A stretch of 32,000 bases of DNA from Gallaecimonas pentaromativorans (lineage in GTDB: Bacteria > Pseudomonadota > Gammaproteobacteria > Enterobacterales > Gallaecimonadaceae). A program made the translations under genes and the position numbers. Shown here in pieces: positions 1 to 8,558 of the stretch. The notes beneath the pieces were generated by a model, which worked only from the letters and a program-made list of their open reading frames with translations, made no database searches and was not told where the DNA came from. Position 1 is the stretch's first letter. Every line of letters starts with the position of its first letter. Where the stretch lies: the NCBI RefSeq assembly GCF_003751625.1, contig NZ_RJUL01000001.1:18253-50252 (forward strand). Reading direction: 5' to 3'.

Positions 1-2
1 AA

Positions 3-452
3 GGCGCCGATTGGCTGGCCCAGCTGGGGCTTGCCACCTCCCGGCGCAACCAGTTCGAGGTCAACGGCCAGCTGCGCACCTCCGACGAGCACATCTACGC
101 TCTGGGGGATTGCTGCGACGCCGCCCCGCCACGGGCCCAGTCTGCCAACCAGCAGGCCATCTTTCTCAACAAGCTGTTTGCGGCCCTGGTCAAGGACGAG
201 CCCTTCAGCGACGAGTTCAAATACCAAGATTACGGCTCGCTGGTGTCGCTGGCCAACTACAGCGCCGTGGGCGGCTTGATGGGGTCTATCGCCAAAGGCA
301 CGCTGTTTGTGGAAGGCCATATCGCCCGCTGGATGTACATCTCCTTGTACCGCAAACACCAGCTGGCCATGTTTGGGCTGTGGCGCACCATCGGCATGGT
401 GATCGCCGACAAGTTCAACGGCTGGGTCAGGCCCCGCCTGAAACTGCACTAA
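3..452 (+). CDS. ndh: Type II NADH dehydrogenase (NDH-2), C-terminal fragment; 5' end lies outside the window
   Basis: Frame 3 is open from the window edge. It reads ...HIYALGDCC...ANQQA...KYQDYGSLVSLANYSAVGGLMG...GTLFVEGHIARWMYISLYRKHQ..., which is typical of the NDH-2 C-terminus (second FAD/NAD region plus membrane-anchoring tail). Stop codon at 450-452. Confidence 0.8.
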   Translation, partial: GADWLAQLGLATSRRNQFEVNGQLRTSDEHIYALGDCCDAAPPRAQSANQQAIFLNKLFAALVKDEPFSDEFKYQDYGSLVSLANYSAVGGLMGSIAKGTLFVEGHIARWMYISLYRKHQLAMFGLWRTIGMVIADKFNGWVRPRLKLH

Positions 453-2700
453 GCCTGGCCGCGCCCTGGGTTGATGACAGGGCGCTCGCCAATACCGGCT
501 CACTCAGATAAAAGCCCTGCACTGTGTCGCAACGCATTTTTGCCAGCAGTGCCAGGGCTTTTTCGTCTTCCACCCCTTCAGCCACTACCTCGATAGCCAG
601 CCCCTGGGCCAGGGCAATCACCCCTTCCACCAGCTTGGCTGAGCGCGTATCGCTGGCCATGGGCTGGACAAAGCTTTTATCCAGTTTCAGCACCTCGGGC
701 GCAAAATCCTTAAGGTGCGACAGGCTGGAATAACCGGTGCCAAAGTCGTCCACCGCCAGGCGAATGCCTTTGCTGCGCATGCCATTCACAAAGGCCAAGG
801 CTTGCTCTGGGTCGCGCAGCAGCGCGCCTTCGGTGAGTTCCACTTCTAAAAGCGCGCCGGCCAGGCCATAACGGTTAAGCTCACCGGCGAAAAAATCCGC
901 CAGATCCGCTTCATCCAATTGCACTGCCGACACATTAATGGCCATGGTCAGCCCCGGCCAAAGCGCCTGCCAGGCCTTAAGCTGCATAAGAGCGGTGCTG
1001 GCCACCCAGCGCCCCACCTGGCGGATAAGGCCGGTGTCTTCCAGCAGCGGCACGAAATCACAGGGCGGAATAAGGCGCCCGTCCTGACTCCAGCGAATAA
1101 GCGCTTCCACCCCAACCATACGCTGGGCGTTGAGGCTGAATTTGGGTTGGTAGACCAGCAAAAACTCGTTGTTGGCAAGGGCAGTGCGCAGGCGGTTTTC
1201 CATCCGTACCCGCTCCAGCGTCGGCCCGCTGAGGGTAGTGGAGTACAAACGGTAGTTGTCGCGCCCGGCTTGTTTTGCCGCATACATGGCCACTTCGGCG
1301 CACCTCAGCAAGCTCTCGGCATCACTGCCATGCTCGGGAAAGCGTACCAAGCCAAGACTGTGGGTCAGCACATGGCGGTCGCTGCCAATCACCAGTGGCT
1401 CGGCCACCCCCTGGCGAAGGTGGGCGACTAAGGCCTCCAGTTCATCAAGGCTCAGATCCCGGGGGGCGGCGAGGATAAACTCGTCGCCGCCGCTTCGCAC
1501 TATCAGCATTTCGTCGCCAAAGCGGCGGCGCAGGCGATGGGCCAGCTGCACCAGCACTTCGTCACCCACCTTGTGGCCAAGGGTATCGTTGATGTTTTTA
1601 AAGCGGTCCAAATCTAACAGGCACATAAAACCGCTTTTGCCCTGGCGCAACCAGCGATTGAGGCTTTGCCCCAGCAGCACCCGGTTGGCAAGGCCGGTGA
1701 GTTGGTCGTGGTGGGACAAATGCCAGATGCGGCTGCGCTGGGTGCGGCTTTCGGTGATGTCGGTCATGATGCCTGCCACCTTGAGGGTGCGGCCCTCTTC
1801 GTCAGTGACCGGGTAGGCGTTGTCCTTTATCCAGCGCTCGTTGCCGTCTTGGTCCAGTACCCGATATTCCAGCTCAGTCTCGCCACGAAGGCGCTGGCCG
1901 GAGGCGAGCACCCGGGCCACCTTGTCCCTGTCCATAGGGACTATAGCCTCCAGCCAGTCTTCGGCGTCCACATAGAGCATCTGCGGGTCGCGCCCCAGCA
2001 GCGCTTGGTAACCGGGCGACACATATTCGATGCGGCGACTGGCCACATCAAAGCTCCAAAACACCTGAGGCAGGCGGCTAACCAAGGCCTGCATCATCTT
2101 CTCGCTTTGGGCCAGCTGCTGGCGGGCCTGGCGTTCGCGAGACAAGTCCACCGCTGCCACCAGCACCAGTGTGTGGCTGTCAAACTGCAACTGCCGGGCC
2201 AGTACCGACACACTTAGGCCATTGGCCAGCTGCATTTCGTCTTTCAGTGCTGACAGGTCACCGGATAACAAGGCGGAATTGAACAGCGGATGGAACTGGC
2301 TGGCAAAGATCTGGTCTAGGTGGGACACCTCGCCCACCATGGCCAGGCTTTGATGGTTTTGCTGGATAACGCTACCTGCGGTATCCACCAACCAAAGAGC
2401 CAGGGGGTGTTCGTTAAAAAGGCTTTGATAACTTTGTGTTAAGGCCAGTTGCCGACCATAAATGCGCCGCTGACTTTGGGCGAAACGGTCAATGAGGCGG
2501 TAGAGGATAAGAGCCGTCATCAACACGAAAAAACTGCCTTTATAGGTTTGCACCCACGGGTTGTCACCAAATAGCAGCAGGCTTAGTTGATCGGACCCCC
2601 AGATCCACAGCAGCGCGAGTACGCAGTAAACAACAGCAATCCGAATGGGCACCAGGCGGTAACGTCGATCGTATGAAGAGGCGTTATGGGTGTCTGTCAT
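427..2700 (-). CDS. Membrane-anchored PAS / GGDEF / EAL c-di-GMP turnover protein
   Basis: 757 aa. Two N-terminal hydrophobic helices, then PAS-like repeats. GGDEF domain (RSGGDEF, with no RxxD I-site at the canonical position). EAL domain with EALIRW, DDFGTGYSSL, KLDKSF, EGVEDE and QGFYLSEP. Confidence 0.9.
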   Translation of the reverse strand: MTDTHNASSYDRRYRLVPIRIAVVYCVLALLWIWGSDQLSLLLFGDNPWVQTYKGSFFVLMTALILYRLIDRFAQSQRRIYGRQLALTQSYQSLFNEHPLALWLVDTAGSVIQQNHQSLAMVGEVSHLDQIFASQFHPLFNSALLSGDLSALKDEMQLANGLSVSVLARQLQFDSHTLVLVAAVDLSRERQARQQLAQSEKMMQALVSRLPQVFWSFDVASRRIEYVSPGYQALLGRDPQMLYVDAEDWLEAIVPMDRDKVARVLASGQRLRGETELEYRVLDQDGNERWIKDNAYPVTDEEGRTLKVAGIMTDITESRTQRSRIWHLSHHDQLTGLANRVLLGQSLNRWLRQGKSGFMCLLDLDRFKNINDTLGHKVGDEVLVQLAHRLRRRFGDEMLIVRSGGDEFILAAPRDLSLDELEALVAHLRQGVAEPLVIGSDRHVLTHSLGLVRFPEHGSDAESLLRCAEVAMYAAKQAGRDNYRLYSTTLSGPTLERVRMENRLRTALANNEFLLVYQPKFSLNAQRMVGVEALIRWSQDGRLIPPCDFVPLLEDTGLIRQVGRWVASTALMQLKAWQALWPGLTMAINVSAVQLDEADLADFFAGELNRYGLAGALLEVELTEGALLRDPEQALAFVNGMRSKGIRLAVDDFGTGYSSLSHLKDFAPEVLKLDKSFVQPMASDTRSAKLVEGVIALAQGLAIEVVAEGVEDEKALALLAKMRCDTVQGFYLSEPVLASALSSTQGAARLSAVSGGA

Positions 2701-2791
2701 TGAGCATCCAAGCGGGCTAAATCAAAAAAAGGCGTTAACTTTTAATGACTTTACCTAAACACATTTTTTCAACAAACGATAGAATTACCCA

Positions 2792-3856
2792 ATGCGGTTA
2801 ACCTTTCATTGCGCAGGCCACCAGTTCACTCTTACCCGCAGTGAGGGCCTTGAACATCTTTTTGTCGATGACAAGCCGGTCAGCCTGCGTGCCGCCAGCA
2901 GTCTTGAGTCAGAGCATTGCTTTTCGGTGGGCGACGATAATTGGCAGGCCAAATTGCTCTGGCAACCCCAGCAGCGCAGCCTTCATTACCAGATGCAACT
3001 AAACGGCCAGCGCGCCGGCGAAGGCCAGGTGCTGTGCAGCGAGCCTTTCGAGCCTGAGCAGCCCGTGACTCCCCTCCAAGAGCCCACAGAGCAAAGCCGC
3101 CACGGCAAGGGCTTAGGCTGGTTGGCGTTGGCGCTCAAACTCTTTAAAAGTGCCTCGGCAGTGAAGGTGGCCCTGGCTGGCGCTTCTTTTGCCTCCTACG
3201 CCTACCTCTTTGACTGGAAAATCGCCCTGGCCCTGATTGCCATCTTGGTTATTCACGAATATGGCCACCTTTTGGCCATGAAGCGCTTTGGTGTCAAAAC
3301 CAAAGGGATTTATCTCATTCCTTTTGTCGGCGGGGCCGCGGTGTCTGCCGAACAGTTTAAAAGCCAGTGGCAAGAGCTTTATGTGGCCCTGGCTGGCCCC
3401 AGTGCCGGCCTTGCCAGTACCTTGCTGGCCTATGGCGCCTGGCAATTTACTCAAAACCCCTGGCTTGGCGCGGTGACGGCTTTAGGTGCCTTTTTAAATC
3501 TGGTGAACCTCTTGCCCATTCACCCTCTCGATGGTGGCCGGGTGCTCAAGGCGGTAATGGCCTCTACCGGCAATAAGCTGGCGTTTTATGGCCTGTTGCT
3601 GGTATCGGCACTGGGTTTTGCCCTTAGCCTTTATTTTGGGCTAGTGCTGCTGGCTATCTTGCTGGTAGCAGGGCTTTTGGATTTGATGGGTGAGCGCAAC
3701 CAACCCACCCGGCAGCTGCCCATGAACCGCTGGGGCATGGTTGTGGGCGGCGCCTGGTACAGCGCGGTGCTACTGGCTTTACTGGCCCTGGTGTGGGCCA
3801 TGGCCGATAGCGGCTTGCCTGGAACGCAAATTCCGCATTTACTATTGTCATCCTAA
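2792..3856 (+). CDS. M50-family (site-2-protease-like) membrane zinc metalloprotease with an unassigned ~100-aa N-terminal soluble domain
   Basis: HEYGH (HExxH, nt 3254-3268) inside a hydrophobic segment. Second M50 motif NLVNLLPIHPLDGGRVL. Several TM helices at the C-terminus. ATG start at 2792. Confidence 0.8.
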   Translation: MRLTFHCAGHQFTLTRSEGLEHLFVDDKPVSLRAASSLESEHCFSVGDDNWQAKLLWQPQQRSLHYQMQLNGQRAGEGQVLCSEPFEPEQPVTPLQEPTEQSRHGKGLGWLALALKLFKSASAVKVALAGASFASYAYLFDWKIALALIAILVIHEYGHLLAMKRFGVKTKGIYLIPFVGGAAVSAEQFKSQWQELYVALAGPSAGLASTLLAYGAWQFTQNPWLGAVTALGAFLNLVNLLPIHPLDGGRVLKAVMASTGNKLAFYGLLLVSALGFALSLYFGLVLLAILLVAGLLDLMGERNQPTRQLPMNRWGMVVGGAWYSAVLLALLALVWAMADSGLPGTQIPHLLLSS

Positions 3857-3881
3857 GGAGTTCAAAACAAAGGGGAAGCCG

Positions 3882-4916
3882 ATGTTGGCACCGGTAGTGC
3901 CCAGTAACGAGCCAGAACGGCTGGCCTCACTGGAGCGAAGCGGGCTATTGAAAAGCGGTGAAGATCCGCGTTTTACCCGCATCGTCAGCCTGGCAGCCAA
4001 GATGTTCAAGGTGCCTACGGCGCTCATTTCTCTGGTAACGGAAAAGGAGCAGCGTTTTAAAGCCAAAGAAGGGATGAGCGGCAACGCCACGCCGCGCAGT
4101 ACCTCCTTTTGTGGCCATGTGGTGGCCCGGGCTGCCCCCATGGTGGTGGAAGATGCCACCCAGGATGCCCGCTTTTTTGATAACCCCCTAGTGACCGGGC
4201 CGCCGGACATCCGCTTTTACGCCGGCCACCCCATCTATTTCGAAGGCCAAATCCTTGGCACCCTGTGCCTTATCAGCCCCCAAACCCGCCGCTTTAGCGA
4301 AGAAGATGCTGAAACCCTGGCCAGCCTCGCCTCCTGGGTAGAAAACGAGGTGCGCCTCAATGCCATCACCCAGGAGCGCAACCAACTGAGCGGCGAACTG
4401 GAAGTGGCTCATCGCCAAGCTATGACCGACCACCTTACCGGGGCCTGGACCCGCCGCATTCTGCCCACCCAGGTAGCAAGCGACGTCAGCCGCCGCACCG
4501 CCGTGCATCAAGCCAGCACTGCCGTGGCGGTAGACTTGGATTGCTTTAAAGGCATCAATGACGAACTGGGCCACGATGTGGGGGATGCGGTGCTGGTAGA
4601 GCTGGTAGCACGCCTTGGCCATAACCTTCGTAGCAACGATTTGGTGATACGGCTGGGGGGCGACGAATTTTTGCTGTACCTGGGCAGCTGCCCACTGGAG
4701 GAGGCCGAGAAACTGGCGGCCCGGCTTTTGGACGCCATCTGCCTGCAACCTGTGGTCATTAACGACGAGCTGTCGGTGCCCATCAGCATCAGCCTGGGGA
4801 TAGGCAGCAGCAACCAGTTGGAGCTGGACGCCCTTATCGCCCTGGCGGACGATGCCCTCTACGACAGTAAACGCAAGGGCCGGCGCTGCTATTCAAGCAG
4901 GCAACTTTACCGCTAA
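3882..4916 (+). CDS. GAF-GGDEF diguanylate cyclase
   Basis: The track ORF opens at 3741, but the ATG at 3882 has an upstream SD-like AAGGGGA and avoids overlap with the preceding gene. The N-terminus (PSNEPERLASL...FCGHVV...FYAGHPI) is GAF-like. GGDEF domain has RLGGDEF preceded by RSND, an RxxD I-site 5 residues upstream. Confidence 0.85.
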   Translation: MLAPVVPSNEPERLASLERSGLLKSGEDPRFTRIVSLAAKMFKVPTALISLVTEKEQRFKAKEGMSGNATPRSTSFCGHVVARAAPMVVEDATQDARFFDNPLVTGPPDIRFYAGHPIYFEGQILGTLCLISPQTRRFSEEDAETLASLASWVENEVRLNAITQERNQLSGELEVAHRQAMTDHLTGAWTRRILPTQVASDVSRRTAVHQASTAVAVDLDCFKGINDELGHDVGDAVLVELVARLGHNLRSNDLVIRLGGDEFLLYLGSCPLEEAEKLAARLLDAICLQPVVINDELSVPISISLGIGSSNQLELDALIALADDALYDSKRKGRRCYSSRQLYR

Positions 4917-4966
4917 CCCCTTGCGCCCTGCCCTGTCGTTCATGGCGCAGGGCCACTACTCTTAGC

Positions 4967-5008
4967 CGGGTTTCATTCCTTTAGCTGGCAAGGAAGCCCG
5001 TCTTTTTT
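4967..5008 (+). terminator. Probable rho-independent terminator of the GAF-GGDEF gene (imperfect stem plus T6)
   Basis: GGGTTTCATTCCTT...AAGGAAGCCC imperfect hairpin followed by TCTTTTTT. The T-run abuts the stop codon of the convergent response-regulator gene. Confidence 0.5.
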
Positions 5009-5645
5009 ACAGCAAGCCCATGCTCATGGCCTTGAGCACCGCCTGGGTCCTGTCTCTGACCTCAAGCTTGGCCAAAATGGCCGACACCTGGTTTTTTACC
5101 GTGCCTTCCGATTTGAACAGGGTATTGGCGATTTCCTTGTTGGCGTAGCCGGCCGCCATCAGCTTGATAATTTCCAGTTCCTTTTCACTTAAGGCAGGGG
5201 CGCTATCAGCAGGTAAGCCAGCCTCCCCGGCCAGCATGCGCCGGGCCAGGGTTTCGGTCAGGCCCGGCTGAATAAAGCGGCCGCCGCCGGCCAGCTTTTC
5301 TACCGCCTCCACCAGGGTCTCCATGGACACGTCTTTGAGTAAAAAGCCCTTGGCACCGGCCGCCATGGCCGCTGCCAGGGCCTGGCTGTCGTCAAAGGTG
5401 GTGAGTACTAGTACCGCAGGGCCGCTGCCATCGAGCTTATCCAGCACCCCCTGGCCATCCAGTACCGGCATGCGAAGGTCTAAAAGCATCACGTCTATGC
5501 CGTCATGCTCGTTCAACAGCTGCAGCGCTTGCTGACCGTTGGCGGCGGTTGCCACCACCTCTACCTGCCCAGACAGCGCCAGCAAAGAGGCGATACCGTC
5601 TCGCACCAGCGCCTGATCGTCCACCACCAGCACTTTTATCATCAC
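5007..5645 (-). CDS. Response regulator, NarL/FixJ (LuxR-type HTH) family
   Basis: 212 aa. Receiver domain (VLVVDDQALVRDG...DVMLLDLRMP...) followed by a C-terminal LuxR-type HTH (LSEKELEIIKLMAAGYANKEIANTLFKSEGTVKNQVSAILAKLEV). Confidence 0.9.
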   Translation of the reverse strand: MMIKVLVVDDQALVRDGIASLLALSGQVEVVATAANGQQALQLLNEHDGIDVMLLDLRMPVLDGQGVLDKLDGSGPAVLVLTTFDDSQALAAAMAAGAKGFLLKDVSMETLVEAVEKLAGGGRFIQPGLTETLARRMLAGEAGLPADSAPALSEKELEIIKLMAAGYANKEIANTLFKSEGTVKNQVSAILAKLEVRDRTQAVLKAMSMGLL

Positions 5646-6742
5646 CCGCCTCCCAGCTCGGCTTTAAGCATCAATGCCTCATGTTCGCGGCCAACTTGCA
5701 AGGTGCCACCGGCAGCGGCGACCCTTTCCGCCATCCCCTTAAGGCCCATGCCTTGGCGCCAGTGGGCCGCCAGTTTGCCGTTGTCCCGATAACGCCACTC
5801 ATAACCTTGGCCCTTGGGGGCCAGGGTCAGCCAGGCGCTACTGGCCCCGGCGTGGCGCAAGGTGTTGGTAATGGCCTCCCGGCTCAGTAAAAACACCAGT
5901 TGCGCCAGCTGCGGCTCGGCCACAGAGCAAAGTTCAAGATGCAGGTTAAGCCCTACCGCCGGGCCAGCCAGTTGCTCAAGGGCGGCTTTGAGGTCGAGGT
6001 TTTCGTCGCGAATATCGCTGACCGCGCTTCGCACCGAGCCAAGGGCGTCCCGGGCCTGCCCTTCCAGCACCGCCAGTTGGGTCAGCTGTGGGTGGGTACG
6101 CCTTTGCACCTGCAAACCGATGGCAAGGGCGGTGAGCTGGTGGCCAAGGCTGTCGTGCAAATCGCGAGCGATACGCAGCCGCTCGGCCTGGCGGCCGGTT
6201 TCTTCCAGCAGCATCTGGGTGGCTTGCAGCTCGCGGTTAAGGCTCTCCAGCTCTTGCCTGGCCAACTTTTCAGAGCGGGCCGATTGCGCCATTCCCAAAG
6301 AAAAGAGGTGAAAGCTGTACCAAAGCCCCAGCCAGATAAGGTCAATGCTCTGATAGTGAAAGTGCTGGCTCAGCACAAAGGCGCTGGCCATAGCGAGCGC
6401 CGCCGGCAGTGGCCAGGGCTTTGGCAGGTAAAGAGGCGCGCCAGCGCACCAGATAACCCCCAGCACGCCCAGGTAGCCAAAACTATTGAAGCTAAACAGT
6501 GCCACGGCCGAGGCCCCGGCCAGCAGCCAGCCCCAGCGGCCGTGCCAGTGGGCGCACTGCAACACAAAGCCGAAGAAGAAAAGCAGCATCAGCCCCAGGG
6601 CCAGCATGGAGCTGCCCTGGGTTGCCATAAAGCCAATCACCACCAGCCAGGTCAAAGAGCCGGCCAGGAAGTTGGCATTGCGATAGAAGTCTTTGTTCAT
6701 GCGGGCATTATGGGCCAGTAACGGGTTTTGCCAATAGGCCAC
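5642..6742 (-). CDS. Sensor histidine kinase, HisKA_3 (NarX/DesK/LiaS-like) class with a polytopic membrane N-terminus
   Basis: H-box ARDLHDSLGHQLTAL. ATPase motifs REAITNTLRHA, DNGK and GMGLKGMAERV. About 5-6 TM helices with no obvious periplasmic domain. 4-nt overlap with the downstream regulator gene. The start is uncertain: GTG at 6742 or ATG at 6700. Confidence 0.85.
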   Translation of the reverse strand: MAYWQNPLLAHNARMNKDFYRNANFLAGSLTWLVVIGFMATQGSSMLALGLMLLFFFGFVLQCAHWHGRWGWLLAGASAVALFSFNSFGYLGVLGVIWCAGAPLYLPKPWPLPAALAMASAFVLSQHFHYQSIDLIWLGLWYSFHLFSLGMAQSARSEKLARQELESLNRELQATQMLLEETGRQAERLRIARDLHDSLGHQLTALAIGLQVQRRTHPQLTQLAVLEGQARDALGSVRSAVSDIRDENLDLKAALEQLAGPAVGLNLHLELCSVAEPQLAQLVFLLSREAITNTLRHAGASSAWLTLAPKGQGYEWRYRDNGKLAAHWRQGMGLKGMAERVAAAGGTLQVGREHEALMLKAELGGG

Positions 6743-7045
6743 AAGTCACGGCAAGGCATTCTCGGCTCGTAACATTTCCGTCATGTTATACAAAATGGCG
6801 ACAGGTCCGCGCAGTTCGTGACCTTGAGCACATAAGATGAAAAACATTTAACACAAACAAAGCCTTGCTTATTGACAGCTCAGTTTTTGAACTGCAATGT
6901 GAACCACTTTAGAAGGCCCTGATAAAGAGCCCAAAAACACGAACTGGCTTAACACGCCGTTAAAGAGACCCTCCTCATTCCGGCCGGTCCGGAAGACGAT
7001 AAGAAGTTGTCGGGTTTCCAGGCAACAGCGGGAAGATTGACGACC

Positions 7046-7468
7046 ATGCGCATATTCAAAGGCTCAGACAAACTGATTTACAGCCAAGCGGTGGGGACTG
7101 CGGTGATTTTGGTGGCCGCGCTTATCGCCAATAACACTCAATACCTTGGTGATATCACCGGGCCAGGCCTGATGTGGAGCTTGGCCGGGGTGCTGGCCAG
7201 CATCATGTTGGCCAACTGGCTGATGGACAACAGGGTCCACGGCCTGATGTTTGACGACGAAGCCATCGAGATACGCTACCGGCGCCGCCGCATTACCCTG
7301 AGCCGCCAGCAGATCACCCGCATCGAATCAGTGGGCAGCATCCAGGCGCCGGCCTGGTTTGTGTATACCGACGAGCAGCGCTACCTGGTGCAAACAGAGA
7401 AGTTTCCGCGCTGGATCCGCTTGCAGATCCTCGATCAGATGCAAAAATTTCGCCGCGACTTACGTTGA
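7046..7468 (+). CDS. Hypothetical small membrane protein (2 TM plus a C-terminal beta-rich, possibly PH-like domain)
   Basis: The track ORF starts at a TTG at 7007; the first ATG is at 7046. Two hydrophobic helices (AVGTAVILVAALIA, LMWSLAGVLASIMLANWLM), then a ~70-aa soluble tail. I recognise no family motif. Confidence 0.55.
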   Translation: MRIFKGSDKLIYSQAVGTAVILVAALIANNTQYLGDITGPGLMWSLAGVLASIMLANWLMDNRVHGLMFDDEAIEIRYRRRRITLSRQQITRIESVGSIQAPAWFVYTDEQRYLVQTEKFPRWIRLQILDQMQKFRRDLR

Positions 7469-7540
7469 GGCTGGCCGGGTCAGTAAAACGACAGCCTTTG
7501 GCGTTTAGCATCGAGAGGTTCTCACTCCTGGTAACGTCCG

Positions 7541-8443
7541 ATGCTCACTGACGAACTCTCCTTTCTCAGACCCTTTATCTATGCCGGGGCCGGTCTTATT
7601 GTGCTGGCCCTGCTGCTTTATGTCTGGCGGCGCTTGCGGCTGCGTAATGCCTACGAGCGTACCCCGTTGTTTACCGACCGCGAATTGGCCTTTTTACCAC
7701 TGCTGGACGAAGCCTGTGGCCGCGATTACCGGGTCTTTGCCAAGGTGCGCTGGGCCGATGTCATTGGCGTGCAGGCCAGATTCAAGGGCAGCGACTGGCA
7801 GCGGGCCTTTAACCGCATTTGTGCCAAACGCCTCGATTTCGTGCTGTGCCGCCCCGACGACCTGGCGGTGATGCTGGTGCTGGAATTGCTGCCTGAAGGC
7901 AAACCGAGCCGCGACCGCAAAAAGCGCGACAAACAGCTCATCAAGATTTGCGAAAAAATCGGTCTGCCCCTTATTCAGCTTGATGTGAGCAACAATACCC
8001 GGGCTATTGATATTCGCGCCCGTATCGAACAAGCCCTCAAAGGCCGTAAGCCAGAGCCGGTGCTGGCCCGTTCAAGTAACGCTGCCGCTGAACCGGATAC
8101 CCCCATCCCCCCGCAGCAAAGCGTCGCCGAGCCGCAGGCCCCGGTTCAAATCCAAGAGGATGACGAGTCGCTGCCGCCGCTGATGGCCAGCCGCCAGACA
8201 GCAGAAGAGGCCCTGGTGGAGATAAGCAGCGACGCCCCTATTGAGCGGGCCGAGAAGCACTGCCCCAAGTGCGACAGCCCCATGCAAAAGCGCACCGTCA
8301 GCAAAGGCCAATACCAGGGCCAGGTGTTTTGGACCTGCGCCAACTACCCCCTTTGCAAAACGGTGCTACCGGTTGACCAAGACAAGCCCAAAGCCCGGGA
8401 AGTGACCAGCGAAGGGCTCTTTACCCTGCGCGCCTCCCGCTGA
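7541..8443 (+). CDS. Membrane-anchored DUF2726-like (PD-(D/E)xK/NERD-like) protein with a C-terminal topoisomerase-type C4 zinc ribbon
   Basis: N-terminal TM helix. [12 protein letters not shown]...[13 protein letters not shown]...[20 protein letters not shown] resembles DUF2726. A P/E/Q/A-rich linker follows. [11 protein letters not shown]...[12 protein letters not shown] is a zf-C4 topoisomerase-like ribbon. Confidence 0.7.
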   Translation: MLTDELSFLRPFIYAGAGLIVLALLLYVWRRLRLRNAYERTPLFTDRELAFLPLLDEACGRDYRVFAKVRWADVIGVQARFKGSDWQRAFNRICAKRLDFVLCRPDDLAVMLVLELLPEGKPSRDRKKRDKQLIKICEKIGLPLIQLDVSNNTRAIDIRARIEQALKGRKPEPVLARSSNAAAEPDTPIPPQQSVAEPQAPVQIQEDDESLPPLMASRQTAEEALVEISSDAPIERAEKHCPKCDSPMQKRTVSKGQYQGQVFWTCANYPLCKTVLPVDQDKPKAREVTSEGLFTLRASR

Positions 8444-8451
8444 TTTCCCCC

Positions 8452-8475
8452 AAGGCGCCACCGGCGCCTTTTTAT
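8452..8475 (+). terminator. Rho-independent terminator
   Basis: AAGGCGCC-acc-GGCGCCTT followed by TTTAT, 9 nt after the stop codon. Confidence 0.8.
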
Positions 8476-8558
8476 GGCGATTTTTCCGCCAGGGCCATTG
8501 CTCCTGTCACACAAAATCAGTAGGCTTGCGCCCCTTATTAACTAAGGGGTATCCCAGA

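Noticed and set aside
11-511. 166-aa ORF at the left edge (frame 2), plus the 31-279 ORF
   Set aside because: They overlap the frame-3 reading that gives clear NDH-2 C-terminal sequence. Their translations are R/P/A-rich with no motifs, which is a typical off-frame artefact of GC-rich coding DNA.
3741-3881. 47-codon N-terminal extension of the GAF-GGDEF ORF as given in the track
   Set aside because: The extension overlaps the end of the M50-like gene and translates to W/C-rich nonsense. An ATG at 3882 with an upstream purine-rich SD gives a sensible GAF N-terminus.
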